Assembly (NCBI GenBank): GCA_934393265.1
Contig: CAKRQL010000004.1
Location: forward strand, 211,225 to 275,224
From: an uncultured Eubacteriales bacterium
GTDB taxonomy: Bacteria > Bacillota > Clostridia > Oscillospirales > CAG-272
Direction: 5' to 3'
DNA: 64,000 nucleotides
Notes under the pieces: model-generated
Databases searched by the model: none
Told to the model about the DNA's origin: nothing
Seen by the model: the letters and a program-made list of their open reading frames with translations, nothing else
Program-made: the position numbers and the translations under genes
Shown here: piece after piece, positions 7,342-17,488 of the stretch
How the letters are laid out: every line of letters starts with the position of its first letter
How positions within the stretch are numbered: position 1 is the first letter of the stretch

Positions 7342-8463
7342 ATGACTATTTTTCGGAATGTAAAAAAGAATTTCGGCTTCGGCTGCATGCGCCTTCCCAT
7401 GAAGGACGGCGGTGTAGATACTTCCAAATTTTCGGAAATGGTCGACGAATACATCGCCGCGGGGTTCAATTATTTTGATACGGCACACGGTTACCTCTCC
7501 GGAATGAGCGAAAAAGCGCTCCGGACCTGCCTTGTTGACCGATATCCACGCGATAGTTACATACTTACCGACAAGCTTTCATCACAGTATTTCAACAATG
7601 CGGATGATATACGACCCTTTTTTGAGAAGCAGCTGCGTATACTCGGCGTAGACTATTTCGATTTCTACCTGATGCACGCACAGAGCCGGGCAAACTACGG
7701 AAAGTATAAGTCCTGCCGCGCGTATGAACAGGCTTTTGAACTGAAAAGTGAGGGAAAGATACGCCATGTCGGAATTTCATTTCACGATACGGCAGATCTG
7801 CTTGATACCATTCTTTCCGAATACCCTGACATAGAAGCTGTCCAATTGCAGGTTAACTATATTGATTATGATGACGCCGCCGTGCAATCGAAGAAATGCC
7901 TCGAGGTTTGTGGGAAGCACGGAAAACCGGTAATTGTTATGGAGCCTGTCAAAGGCGGAATTCTCGTCAATCTTCCCGACGCTGCCGATGCAGTGCTGAG
8001 GGCGCTTAACGGCGGCTCCAACGCGAGCTATGCAATAAGGTTTGCCGCCGGCTGTGACGGGGTGTTTATGGTTCTCTCCGGAATGAGCAATATGCGGCAG
8101 ATGAGAGACAACCTTTCATACATGAAGGACTTTGTCCCGCTTAACGATACCGAGCGTAAAGCCGTGTCAAGAGTTACCGAAATTATTGCATCCATGAAGC
8201 TTATTTCCTGCACCTCCTGTCGGTATTGCACCGAAGGATGTCCGAAAAGAATCTCTATTCCGGATCTGTTTTCCTGCTTAAATACAAAGCATATATATAA
8301 AGACTGGAATGCGGACTATTATTACAGCGTACACACAAAGAACTCCGGAAAGGCATCCGATTGTATAAAATGCGGAAAATGCGAAAAAATTTGTCCGCAG
8401 CATTTGAAAATCCGCGATTTGCTCGTAAAAGTCGCGGCAGAATTCGAAAAAGGTGAAGCTTGA
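7342..8463 (+). CDS. Aldo/keto reductase fused to a C-terminal 2x[4Fe-4S] ferredoxin-type domain
   Basis: ATG 7342 after GGAGG. AKR N-terminus: FGFGCMRLP...AGFNYFDTAHGYLSGMSE. C-terminal motifs CTSCRYCTEGCP and CIKCGKCEKICP. The ORF-track extension back to 6988 overlaps the previous gene and is not credible. Confidence 0.85.
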   Translation: MTIFRNVKKNFGFGCMRLPMKDGGVDTSKFSEMVDEYIAAGFNYFDTAHGYLSGMSEKALRTCLVDRYPRDSYILTDKLSSQYFNNADDIRPFFEKQLRILGVDYFDFYLMHAQSRANYGKYKSCRAYEQAFELKSEGKIRHVGISFHDTADLLDTILSEYPDIEAVQLQVNYIDYDDAAVQSKKCLEVCGKHGKPVIVMEPVKGGILVNLPDAADAVLRALNGGSNASYAIRFAAGCDGVFMVLSGMSNMRQMRDNLSYMKDFVPLNDTERKAVSRVTEIIASMKLISCTSCRYCTEGCPKRISIPDLFSCLNTKHIYKDWNADYYYSVHTKNSGKASDCIKCGKCEKICPQHLKIRDLLVKVAAEFEKGEA

Positions 8464-8493
8464 TTATTTCAGATAAAAAGGAGATTATGCTGT

Positions 8494-9075
8494 ATGCTTG
8501 ATATGATCCTCAGGCGCAAAAATGCAACGCGCCGCACGGAAATAACGACAAAAACGCTCACATCGTTCTTTGTTGTCGTTCTCGCCGTGGTGCTTCCGCA
8601 GCTGACACATCTGATAGCCGGTGCAGGCGGAGGCGTTACATGGCTACCCATGTATTTACCGGTCCTGCTCGGCGGTTGCCTTCTCGGTGCCAGATACGCT
8701 GTGTTCTGCGGCGTGCTTGCTCCGCTCGCGAGTTATGTAGCGACTCTCGCGATAACCGGTACGGCAATGCCCGCAGCCGGCAGACTCCCCTTTATGATTG
8801 CCGAGCTCGCAATATTTGCTGTTACAGGTGGGCTTTTCTCCGCAAGGATCGCGGAAAATGTACTATGGTCCGTTCTTGCTGTAATATCGGCTCAGATTGC
8901 CGGGCGCGGAGCGTTTCTTCTGCTTGTCGCCGCGTTTAATGCTCTCGGGGCAACATCGCTGACATTCTCATCCGTATGGGCGCAGATAATATCCGGTGTG
9001 CCCGGACTTATATTACAGATACTTGCAGTACCGTTTGTAGTTCTTATCCTCAAGCGGATTTTCAAGGAGGACTGA
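8494..9075 (+). CDS. ECF-transporter S-component-like membrane protein (substrate unknown)
   Basis: AAAGGAG precedes ATG 8494. About 6 TM helices. WLPMYLPVLLGGCLLGARYAV resembles the conserved LPMH(I/L)PVLL segment of ECF S components, from memory. Confidence 0.55.
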   Translation: MLDMILRRKNATRRTEITTKTLTSFFVVVLAVVLPQLTHLIAGAGGGVTWLPMYLPVLLGGCLLGARYAVFCGVLAPLASYVATLAITGTAMPAAGRLPFMIAELAIFAVTGGLFSARIAENVLWSVLAVISAQIAGRGAFLLLVAAFNALGATSLTFSSVWAQIISGVPGLILQILAVPFVVLILKRIFKED

Positions 9076-9080
9076 AAAAA

Positions 9081-9533
9081 ATGACTGACAGTGTACGCGC
9101 AATGTGCTTTCTCCCCGGTCACAAGATGACACTTGCATATGATAACAGGGTCAAGACATTCGATGGCAGAGGCTTGTCAAACATTTTGCCGTTCATCGAA
9201 AAAAAGAAAGACATCACCGGATATTCCGTCGGAGATGTGGTCGTAGGCAAGGCTGCGGCGCTCCTGTTTGTGAAAGCGAACATATACAGCGTCTACGCAA
9301 AGGTAATATCAAGACCCGCTATTCAGGTTTTCAGAAAATACGGTATTCCGACAAGGTATACAGTCCTTGTTGACAATATAAAGGATGAGAGCGGAACGGG
9401 GATATGCCCGCTTGAGGTGGCTCTTGCCGACTGCCTCGACTATGAAGAGGGCTATAAAATAATCAAGGAAACTCTTGCAAAGCTCCGTGCCGATGCGGAA
9501 AAGAAAAAAGAAGCTGCGGCAGAAAACAAATAA
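9081..9533 (+). CDS. DUF1893 (TM1506-like) domain protein
   Basis: AAGGAGG (9064-9070) precedes ATG 9081. VGDVVVGKAAALLFV...VYAKVISRPAIQVFRKYGI...GICPLEVA matches the remembered DUF1893 pattern (VIGKAAA...VIS..A...CP.E). Lys/Glu-rich tail. Confidence 0.7.
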   Translation: MTDSVRAMCFLPGHKMTLAYDNRVKTFDGRGLSNILPFIEKKKDITGYSVGDVVVGKAAALLFVKANIYSVYAKVISRPAIQVFRKYGIPTRYTVLVDNIKDESGTGICPLEVALADCLDYEEGYKIIKETLAKLRADAEKKKEAAAENK

Positions 9534-9630
9534 TAAAGCGTAATCATGCTTGGCAATAAATCATTAAAGAACATCAAGCTTTAACGCTCAAAAACCGTTA
9601 CAAGCAGTTTTTCGCTTATATATAAAAAAT

Positions 9631-9685
9631 AAAAAAAGCTGTCCCGTATGCTTGAGCACGCGGAACAGCTTTGTTTTTTTATTTT
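9631..9685. terminator. Bidirectional intrinsic terminator between the DUF1893 gene and ftsH
   Basis: AAAGCTGTCCCG pairs with CGGAACAGCTTT (11 of 12 bp), with an A-run upstream and a T-run (9671-9685) downstream. Confidence 0.75.
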
Positions 9686-9701
9686 TGAATTACAATACCG
9701 G

Positions 9702-11849
9702 TCAGCTATCCGACCCGTTGTCGGAGCCACCATGAGCGTCATCGCCGGGGGTGTTGTTTTTAGAGCGCATTTCCTCTTCGACCTCCCGGCGCATTCTCTC
9801 CTCCTCGGATCTTGCGATAGCGCGGAGCTCTTCATCGCTCTTTTCTTTATTCTCTGTCGCGGCTTTGTTCTCTTCTGCGGAGCGCTGCTTTTTGTCTGCA
9901 GCTATCTGCTCAATCTCTTCTATCGTAGGATTCTCCATACACATGCATGCGGCGAACTGATCCTCGTCCATAGATTCGTTCTTAAGAAGGAACTGTGCAA
10001 CGAAATGAAGCTTATCAACATGCTCTGTAAGATATTTTTTACATACTGCATGTGCTTTTCCGATTATTGCGCGTATTTCATCGTCAATTTCAGCGGCGGT
10101 TTTTTCCGAATAGTTCTTGCCGGATGAGAAATCGCGACCGAGGAATACCTCATCATCCGTATGCTCTGAGCCGTAAAGCACCGCGCCGAGCTTATCGCTC
10201 ATTCCGTATCTTGTAACCATATTGCGGGCTATTCCGGTAGCATGCTGTATATCGCTGGATGCACCGGTAGAAATATCGTCAAGTATTATCTCCTCCGCGA
10301 CTCTTCCGCCGAGAGAAAGAACTATCTGATCGAACATCTCGTTCTTTGTTGCGCCCATCTTATCCTCAACAGGAACGCTGACGGTAACACCTCCCGCACT
10401 TCCCGCCGGTATTATGGTGATGTGCTTTACAGGGTCTGTATGCGTACAGAAATAAGAAGCCACGGCGTGACCTGCCTCATGATAAGCACACAGCCTGTTA
10501 TCCGCCGGCCGGCGGACCTTATTTTTCTTCTGGGGACCGAGGAGCATCTTCATATAAGAGCCTTCGATGTCTTCCATTCCGATGAGAGACTTTCCGAGCT
10601 TAGCGGCATGGAGCGCCGCCTCGTTCATAAGATTTGCAAGGTCTGCACCGGTGAAGCCTATTGTGGTTTGTGCGACCTTGCGAAGGTCTACGGTCTCCTC
10701 AAGAGGTTTATTACGACAGTGAACTTTAAGAATAGCCTCGCGCCCGTTCATATCGGGATAGTTGACCGTAACGCGCCTGTCAAAGCGTCCCGGACGGAGA
10801 AGCGCAGGGTCAAGTATATCCGGGCGGTTTGTCGCCGCTATGACTATGACGCCGGAATTTGTTCCGAAACCGTCCATCTCCACGAGCAGCTGGTTGAGCG
10901 TCTGCTCACGCTCATCATGCCCGCCGCCGAGCCCGGCGCCGCGGTGTCTGCCGACCGCGTCTATTTCATCTATGAAAATAATGCTTGAGCCGGATTTTCT
11001 CGCACTGTCAAAGAGATCACGCACTCTCGAAGCGCCGACACCGACATACATCTCAACAAAATCAGATCCGGAGATTGAGAAAAACGGTACACCCGCCTCT
11101 CCGGCAACAGCCTTTGCAAGAAGAGTTTTTCCCGTTCCGGGAGGTCCGACAAGAAGGATTCCGCGCGGAATACGTGCCCCGAGCTTTACGAATTTCTGAG
11201 GATTTTTCAGAAATTCCACAACCTCTTCGAGCTCTGCCTTTTCCTCGTCCGCACCGGCAACATCAGCGAATTTTACGGCATCCTTATCATTTACCGAAAC
11301 CTTTGCTTTAGACTTTGAAAAGGAGTTCATCTTTCCGCCGGGGCCGCCGAGCGACTGCATGCGGAACATAAAGAATGCACTGACTCCGAGTACCACAACT
11401 ATGAAAATTATATACGGAAGATATGTCTGATACCACGGAGTCTCACCCCGCGCCTCGTAATTATAGGTCTTGAGATTGGTATTACCGCTCTTATACCGCT
11501 CCTCCGCCATCTTATTTATACCTTCAAGCTGAAAGCTGTAGCCAACGTTATAGACATGCGTCTCATACGTCAGATTACCGGAAGAATCGGTCAGCGGTTT
11601 CGCTTTGCCGCTCTCGTCGAGGACGAGCTTTCCGTTGCTGTCCCGCTCTGCCTTTATTGCTTTCAAGGTAAGCTTAAGATTCTTGTCGACCTTGAAGGAA
11701 ACTACAAGGTCTTTATCGAAGAGTTCGACTATATCGCTGTATTTCATGTCCTCGGACTTTTGCATGCTCTGCGAGAACACAGAGAGAGTTATTATTATGC
11801 CCACGATAAGGACGATGAGCAGAATAACGCTCTTTACATTCGACTTCAT
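9702..11849 (-). CDS. ftsH: ATP-dependent zinc metalloprotease FtsH
   Basis: Two N-terminal TM helices, Walker [24 protein letters not shown], the SRH region, zinc site HEAGHA, and an acidic/charged C-terminal tail. Confidence 0.95.
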   Translation of the reverse strand: MKSNVKSVILLIVLIVGIIITLSVFSQSMQKSEDMKYSDIVELFDKDLVVSFKVDKNLKLTLKAIKAERDSNGKLVLDESGKAKPLTDSSGNLTYETHVYNVGYSFQLEGINKMAEERYKSGNTNLKTYNYEARGETPWYQTYLPYIIFIVVVLGVSAFFMFRMQSLGGPGGKMNSFSKSKAKVSVNDKDAVKFADVAGADEEKAELEEVVEFLKNPQKFVKLGARIPRGILLVGPPGTGKTLLAKAVAGEAGVPFFSISGSDFVEMYVGVGASRVRDLFDSARKSGSSIIFIDEIDAVGRHRGAGLGGGHDEREQTLNQLLVEMDGFGTNSGVIVIAATNRPDILDPALLRPGRFDRRVTVNYPDMNGREAILKVHCRNKPLEETVDLRKVAQTTIGFTGADLANLMNEAALHAAKLGKSLIGMEDIEGSYMKMLLGPQKKNKVRRPADNRLCAYHEAGHAVASYFCTHTDPVKHITIIPAGSAGGVTVSVPVEDKMGATKNEMFDQIVLSLGGRVAEEIILDDISTGASSDIQHATGIARNMVTRYGMSDKLGAVLYGSEHTDDEVFLGRDFSSGKNYSEKTAAEIDDEIRAIIGKAHAVCKKYLTEHVDKLHFVAQFLLKNESMDEDQFAACMCMENPTIEEIEQIAADKKQRSAEENKAATENKEKSDEELRAIARSEEERMRREVEEEMRSKNNTPGDDAHGGSDNGSDS

Positions 11850-11902
11850 TGAGTGATTTCCAAACCTTTCATGAAAATGTTTTGGAGGATGATATTCCTC
11901 CG

Positions 11903-13402
11903 TTACAGTTCTTTTCCGTGTCTCGAGCGGATAAATGCAGATATTCCCTCCGGCGCGTCACTAAATACCATGCGCACCGGAAGATCGTTGTCGGCAGAGC
12001 GTTCTCTGTCCTCTCTGACACCGAAGCCGGGAACCCAAAGAATGCCCTTTCCGTCGCAGAGGACCGGCAATCTGTCGCGTAGCTCTGCGGGAATGGCGGT
12101 GTCACACATCATTTTTTTGAGCTTATGCGTCATACCGCCGTAAGAGTAAGAATCTCCTGCGATTCTCGACCGTACATATATATCGCCATATATTATAGCA
12201 GACGATAAATTTTGTTGTATAAATATTCTGTTAACTTTCGGAAAAGAAACTTCTGTCGCGCTTTCCGCCGTCACATTTGCGTAATCTCCGAAATAGAGGA
12301 TTGCATGGAAATACGGTAGCGGGGTTATATTGCCGTCGACCGCATACACGGGTGTATCTGCTACGCTATCGGTGTTCCCTCGCCTGTCGCTCATATATGA
12401 TAAGCTTTTTCCGTCAGAGACAAACGAAATTCTCCCCGGCAACGAGAGCGAGAACCTCCCGCCCCTTGCCAATAGCTTCAGCACCTCGTTTATATGCGTG
12501 CTTTCCGGCACCGGTACCGAGAGCCGCCCTGCTATAAGATACATGACGCGCGCAACCACCGGGGCAGGCAGAGCCGAAAACTCCTCCGCCGAAAATGATG
12601 TACCCGGATTATTGCGCAGGAATTCCGCTGCAATCTCGTCTATCATCGAATTTACCGAACGCATATTACGCGACAGACGGAGCCCTGCGCTTTCCGGAGA
12701 AGGATTCAGCACCGTGAGAAGCGGAATTATCTTCTGCCTTATATAGTTTCTCGTAATATCGCAATCATCGTTCGTCGAGTCCTCGATATATTTTATCCCG
12801 GAGATGTCAAGAGTATGCCGTATATCGTCACGCGACGCGGTAATAAGAGGGCGCAATATGCCATCGCGGAACGGAAGTATTCCCTCGAGCCCGAATGTCC
12901 CGCTGCCGCGCATCATATTGAATATCTGCGTCTCGAGATTGTCAGTCGAATTGTGTGCTACCGATATAAGCATTTTTGAATTTCTGCCGGATATTATTTC
13001 TCGAAAAGATGAATATCTGACGTTTCTTGCAGCCTCTTCGAGGCTTTGCCCGGTTTCTCGTGCGATACTCGGCACATCCTTTTTGACCGCAATGAACTCA
13101 ATTCCGAGGCTATTGGCGACGGACATCGAAAATTTCTCGTCCCGCTCGGCTTCCTCTCCACGTATCATGTGATTTACATGTATTGCGAGTATCGGGAGCC
13201 CCGGGAGATATTTTCGGCGGTATTCCGAGAAAAAATACAAAAGCATAACGGAATCGGCGCCGCCGGATAGCCCGACGGCTACACCGCATGAGAGCATATC
13301 ATGCGCTCCGGCATCATTTATGACGCCGACCGCCTCATTGAATATTTTTCTGCCGGCAGGAGTCTCAAATACTCCCCTATCAGTTTCCGTATTTCGTGTC
13401 AT
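11903..13402 (-). CDS. tilS: tRNA(Ile)-lysidine synthetase TilS
   Basis: PP-loop [13 protein letters not shown] and the TilS C-terminal domain. I prefer the start at 13402 (AGGA 10 nt upstream) over the ORF-track 13468. Either start overlaps the dnaB 3' end. Confidence 0.85.
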   Translation of the reverse strand: MTRNTETDRGVFETPAGRKIFNEAVGVINDAGAHDMLSCGVAVGLSGGADSVMLLYFFSEYRRKYLPGLPILAIHVNHMIRGEEAERDEKFSMSVANSLGIEFIAVKKDVPSIARETGQSLEEAARNVRYSSFREIISGRNSKMLISVAHNSTDNLETQIFNMMRGSGTFGLEGILPFRDGILRPLITASRDDIRHTLDISGIKYIEDSTNDDCDITRNYIRQKIIPLLTVLNPSPESAGLRLSRNMRSVNSMIDEIAAEFLRNNPGTSFSAEEFSALPAPVVARVMYLIAGRLSVPVPESTHINEVLKLLARGGRFSLSLPGRISFVSDGKSLSYMSDRRGNTDSVADTPVYAVDGNITPLPYFHAILYFGDYANVTAESATEVSFPKVNRIFIQQNLSSAIIYGDIYVRSRIAGDSYSYGGMTHKLKKMMCDTAIPAELRDRLPVLCDGKGILWVPGFGVREDRERSADNDLPVRMVFSDAPEGISAFIRSRHGKEL

Positions 13403-14759
13403 CTTCAAGTGTCCTGAATTTAGTAAACTGTCCGACCCAGCCCATCTTGATATTTTTAACCGAGCCATGACGGTTTTTGGCGACTATTACCTCGGCTATA
13501 TTGGCGCTGTCAGCCGCGTCGGCATCATTCTGAGCGCCGCCGCTTATGTCCTTATAATATTCATCCCTGTATAGGAAGAGGACGATATCCGCATCCTGCT
13601 CTATCGAACCCGAATCGCGCAGGTCTGCGAGAGTAGGTCTTTTTCCCGCCCCGGGGCGCGACTCCGTACCTCGGTTAAGCTGCGCACAGCAGATGATCGG
13701 AATACCAAAGTCTTTAGCCATTATCTTGAGGTTACGTGATATTTCGCCGACCTGTTGGGCGCGGTTATCAATCTTCTGATTTGTCTGCATAAGTCCAATG
13801 TAGTCTATTACAACCAACCCGAGATTTTTCAGTCTGCGGAGCTTTGAGCGCATTTCGGTCGTTCCTATCGCAGACGTGTCGTCAATATAAATATCGCATC
13901 CGGAGAGCGAAGATATAACATGGGCTATGTTCTCCCAATCCTCCGGCTTCAAAAGCCCGGAACGGAGAGTTCCGGAATCTATCATTGCTTCGCTCGATAT
14001 GATACGTGAGACAAGCTGCTCACATGACATCTCGAGAGAGAAGATAGCGACGGCTTTTTTAGTCGCCTTTGCAACATTTGTAGCGATATTCAGGGCAAAC
14101 GAGGTTTTTCCCATACCGGGACGTGCGCCGACAATGATAAGGTCGCCCTTTCCCATTTGAACAAGCACGCGGTCAAGTCCGGAAAATCCGGTTTTAGTCG
14201 CATTCGGATCCTCTCCGTGCAACTCGGATTTTTTCTCCATGTCCTGGTATACATCCTGAAGGACATCGCGGATATGGCGAAACTCCTTGACATCGTTGTT
14301 ATTTGATATATCAAATATTTTCTGCTCTGCAGAGTCAACTATTGACTTTGCAGGTGCCGCCTCTTCATACGCCTCCTCGTTTATCTCATCGCACGCGCGT
14401 ATGAGGCGGCGAAGAGTGGACTTCTCTCTTACTATCCTCGCGTAATCCCTGACATTTGCGACTGACGGCACGGAATTTGCGAGAAGAGATATGTAAGAAA
14501 TCCCCCCCGCCTCGTCGCGGTCGCCGCGCTCTACGAGAGTATTTACAAGCGTAACGGTATCTATTACCTTACTGCGGGTATACATGCTCGTCAGAGCTTC
14601 AAAAATGTGCTTATGCTCTTCAAGATAGAAGTCCTCGGTATCGACCATTCCGCCGATCTTATCAAACGCCTCCGGCTTTATGATAACAGAGCCGAGCAAC
14701 GCCTGCTCTGCCTCTATTGCGACCGGCATTTGCTTTATAAGGTTACTTTGTGCGTCCAT
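13380..14759 (-). CDS. dnaB: Replicative DNA helicase (DnaB family; DnaC in Bacillus nomenclature)
   Basis: N-terminal PVAIEAEQALLGSVI, Walker A GARPGMGKTSFALN, C-terminal IEQDADIVLFLYRDEYY. Confidence 0.95.
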   Translation of the reverse strand: MDAQSNLIKQMPVAIEAEQALLGSVIIKPEAFDKIGGMVDTEDFYLEEHKHIFEALTSMYTRSKVIDTVTLVNTLVERGDRDEAGGISYISLLANSVPSVANVRDYARIVREKSTLRRLIRACDEINEEAYEEAAPAKSIVDSAEQKIFDISNNNDVKEFRHIRDVLQDVYQDMEKKSELHGEDPNATKTGFSGLDRVLVQMGKGDLIIVGARPGMGKTSFALNIATNVAKATKKAVAIFSLEMSCEQLVSRIISSEAMIDSGTLRSGLLKPEDWENIAHVISSLSGCDIYIDDTSAIGTTEMRSKLRRLKNLGLVVIDYIGLMQTNQKIDNRAQQVGEISRNLKIMAKDFGIPIICCAQLNRGTESRPGAGKRPTLADLRDSGSIEQDADIVLFLYRDEYYKDISGGAQNDADAADSANIAEVIVAKNRHGSVKNIKMGWVGQFTKFRTLEDDTKYGN

Positions 14760-14800
14760 ACAGACCTCCGGTTATCAATGAAATGATAATAAGGCGCGCG

Positions 14801-15244
14801 TCACTCATGTACTTTCACAACAAGCTTTGCACTTATGTCGGACAGTATTTTATACTCCACGGAATAACTGCCGTACGCTTTGATGGGCTCTTTGAGCCCA
14901 AGCTTACGTTTGTCTATCTCTCTGCCTACGGCGGCGGAAAGCTTTTCTGCTATATCCTTTGCCGTAACCGAACCGTAAAGACGTCCGTCCTGTCCGTGAC
15001 CCATCTGTATATCAACAACAGCATCTCCGATAATGCGGGCGAGCTCCTGTGCCGCCTTTCTGTCCTCTTCAATCCTGTACTGTCTTGCCTCTTCCTTGCT
15101 GTTCAGCTCGCTCATTGCTTTTGCGTCAGCGGGAATTGCTTTTTTCTGTGGGAACAGGAAATTCCGCGCATATCCGTCTGATACATTTACAACCTGGTCC
15201 TTCTTTCCCTGCCCCTTTACATCGCAAAGTAAAACAACCTTCAT
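14801..15244 (-). CDS. rplI: 50S ribosomal protein L9
   Basis: [36 protein letters not shown]; 147 aa. Confidence 0.95.
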   Translation of the reverse strand: MKVVLLCDVKGQGKKDQVVNVSDGYARNFLFPQKKAIPADAKAMSELNSKEEARQYRIEEDRKAAQELARIIGDAVVDIQMGHGQDGRLYGSVTAKDIAEKLSAAVGREIDKRKLGLKEPIKAYGSYSVEYKILSDISAKLVVKVHE

Positions 15245-15277
15245 TTTCTCTATCTCCGTTTCTTCTGTTTTTCGGCA

Positions 15278-17272
15278 TCAGCCGAGATATTCATCTATAC
15301 TTTTCTTCAGCGTCTCGAGGACATCTGTAACAGAGTCTGAGACTACCTGTGCTCCGGCGACATCGAAGTGACCGCCGCCATTCATTTTTTCAAGTATAAG
15401 CTGTACATTTATCCGTCCGGTAGAACGCCCGGATATGTGTATCTGATCGCCTATGCGAACAAGAGTGAACGATGCCTCGATGCCTTTAAGCGTCAGCATT
15501 TTATCCGCCGCTTTTGAGGCTATGACACGATAGCTCTCATCCGTCTCCCCGTCATAGCAGGATATGGCGATATTACCCCTGTATATGTTTATAGCGGTGT
15601 GGAAATGTGCCTCCTTTGTAAGATCGGCGGGGTCCGTCTTGAACAGTGCATAAACATCCGCGGGATTTGCACCGGCACCGCGCAGATACTCCGCCGCGCC
15701 GAATGTTCTGGTTCCGGTGTTTCGCGTAAATTGCTTGGTGTCAAGCAGTATTCCGGCGAGCAGTATATCCGCCTCGGACTTTGAGAGTGCCTGCGAGTTT
15801 GCGGTGGACTCGAGCATATCCGTAACTATTTCGCAGGCTGATGAGGCAGAGGGCTCTATATACGAGTCCACCGCGCTTGCGTCTGCATCCTTATCCGTTT
15901 TTCTGTGGTGATCTATAACGGCTACGTTATCCACCTTTTCGGCTATATCCGGGAACTGCGAGCGTGACGGTGAATTGTGGTCGACAAGCACGAGCAGCGT
16001 ATCCGGACCTATCAGATCAAGCCCCTCGGCATTATCTACAAACACCTGCGAGTAATTTTCTTCTTCCTGCATGAGCCTGATACACGGCGACAGGTTCTTG
16101 TCCTGCATGTCTACCGCAATGTTTACCTTCGCGCCGCAAAGCCCCGCGAGGCGCGCGACACCGACACTCGCGCCGAAGGAGTCAAAGTCCCCATATCTGT
16201 GCCCCATGATAATGACATTGTCAGCCCTCGCCATAAGCGAAAGAAGGCGGGACGCGAAAACACGGGAACGAACGCTTGAGCGTTTGTAAACGGACTTTGT
16301 TTTACCGCCGTAATATTCAACCGTCGTATCTGTTTTGTAGACAGCCTGATCTCCCCCACGCTGCAGAGCTATATCTATCGCTTCTCTTGCCGAGATCTCG
16401 CGCTGTGCAAGAGTGCCGCTGACGCGCGAAACGCCTATTGAAACCGTTATTGAGACGCCGTCGCCAACTCTTGTATCGCGTATGTCATCAAGTATCGAGA
16501 AACGGTCCTTTATGCATTCATCGAGCTTTGACGAGTCAAGGAGCATGACGTATTTGTCATTATCGTAAGACTTGATTATTCCGCCGAGCCCCTCAGCCCA
16601 CTCTTTAAGCTTATCGTCGATCTTCGATACCGCGTCCTGGAACTTTTCATGGACATACTGGAGCACGTCCTCGACATTGTCGATAGCTATATATGCAACA
16701 GCTGCCCGCTCATCGGAATACCTCTTCTCGGAATCCGCAAGAGCCGTGACATCATGCATAATTATCATGTAAATTCCGTCTGAAGTATTTTCCGATACAT
16801 CAAATGCCTCAAGACGGTATTTGCGTCCGAGAAGCTCTATCGTGCGACCGCCAAAGTCCTCGGTATGGAGTTCATTTCTGAAAATATCATGCTCATATTT
16901 TCCGATGAGATTATCCCCCTCCGGTAACAGCGCGCGCATGGCGTCATTATACCAGAGGACAATGCCCGCATCGTCAAAGCAGATTATCGGCGACGAGGAG
17001 TTGCGGAACACAACGCTCCCGCTTTCGCTGAGAAATTCGTATATGCTTTTTTTCGGAAGAACATTGGCAGCTGTTGAACGTCTGTAACCGATAAGTGCCA
17101 CCTCGCAAAGAAAAGCAACCGTAAACAGCACGGCACATATAACCGGAGATATATCAGTCAGAAGCAGAAATAGCGCGCAGACAGCAATATTAAGACAGCC
17201 GAGCGCGACCGTCAGAGCGAATTGTAACCGTGAAATATACGGTATGTTCCGTTTCCATTCCTTAAAATTCAT
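15278..17272 (-). CDS. gdpP: GdpP/YybT-type DHH-DHHA1 phosphodiesterase (cyclic-di-AMP phosphodiesterase family)
   Basis: Two N-terminal TM helices, a PAS-like region, a degenerate GGDEF region, DHH motifs (GHRYGDFDSFGA, VIDHHR) and DHHA1 GGGH. I prefer the start MNFKEW at 17272, after AAGGAGAG. Conserved gdpP-rplI-dnaB order. Confidence 0.85.
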   Translation of the reverse strand: MNFKEWKRNIPYISRLQFALTVALGCLNIAVCALFLLLTDISPVICAVLFTVAFLCEVALIGYRRSTAANVLPKKSIYEFLSESGSVVFRNSSSPIICFDDAGIVLWYNDAMRALLPEGDNLIGKYEHDIFRNELHTEDFGGRTIELLGRKYRLEAFDVSENTSDGIYMIIMHDVTALADSEKRYSDERAAVAYIAIDNVEDVLQYVHEKFQDAVSKIDDKLKEWAEGLGGIIKSYDNDKYVMLLDSSKLDECIKDRFSILDDIRDTRVGDGVSITVSIGVSRVSGTLAQREISAREAIDIALQRGGDQAVYKTDTTVEYYGGKTKSVYKRSSVRSRVFASRLLSLMARADNVIIMGHRYGDFDSFGASVGVARLAGLCGAKVNIAVDMQDKNLSPCIRLMQEEENYSQVFVDNAEGLDLIGPDTLLVLVDHNSPSRSQFPDIAEKVDNVAVIDHHRKTDKDADASAVDSYIEPSASSACEIVTDMLESTANSQALSKSEADILLAGILLDTKQFTRNTGTRTFGAAEYLRGAGANPADVYALFKTDPADLTKEAHFHTAINIYRGNIAISCYDGETDESYRVIASKAADKMLTLKGIEASFTLVRIGDQIHISGRSTGRINVQLILEKMNGGGHFDVAGAQVVSDSVTDVLETLKKSIDEYLG

Positions 17273-17335
17273 GAAGCTCTCCTTAATCGGACATGGGTAC
17301 CGCATGCAGAGACGCGACGCCCCAAACTAATGTTT

Positions 17336-17364
17336 ATTATAACACACACATGCGCGAAAGTAAA
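17336..17364 (-). promoter_or_regulatory. Sigma-A-type promoter for gdpP-rplI-dnaB
   Basis: On the minus strand: -35 TTTACT, 17-nt spacer, extended -10 TGtTATAAT. Confidence 0.5.
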
Positions 17365-17432
17365 GAAAAATTTCCTCTCCGTCACGTTTTTTTCTCATAT
17401 ATGCCAAAAACAGACCGAAAATCAAAAAAAAC

Positions 17433-17461
17433 TTGCAATATCCGTCCCTGTGTAGTAAAAT
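17433..17461 (+). promoter_or_regulatory. Sigma-A-type promoter for recG-rarA
   Basis: -35 TTGCAA (17433-17438), 17-nt spacer, -10 TAAAAT (17456-17461). Confidence 0.45.
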
Positions 17462-17488
17462 AAACTGAGAACCAAAACGGAGGCAGGT

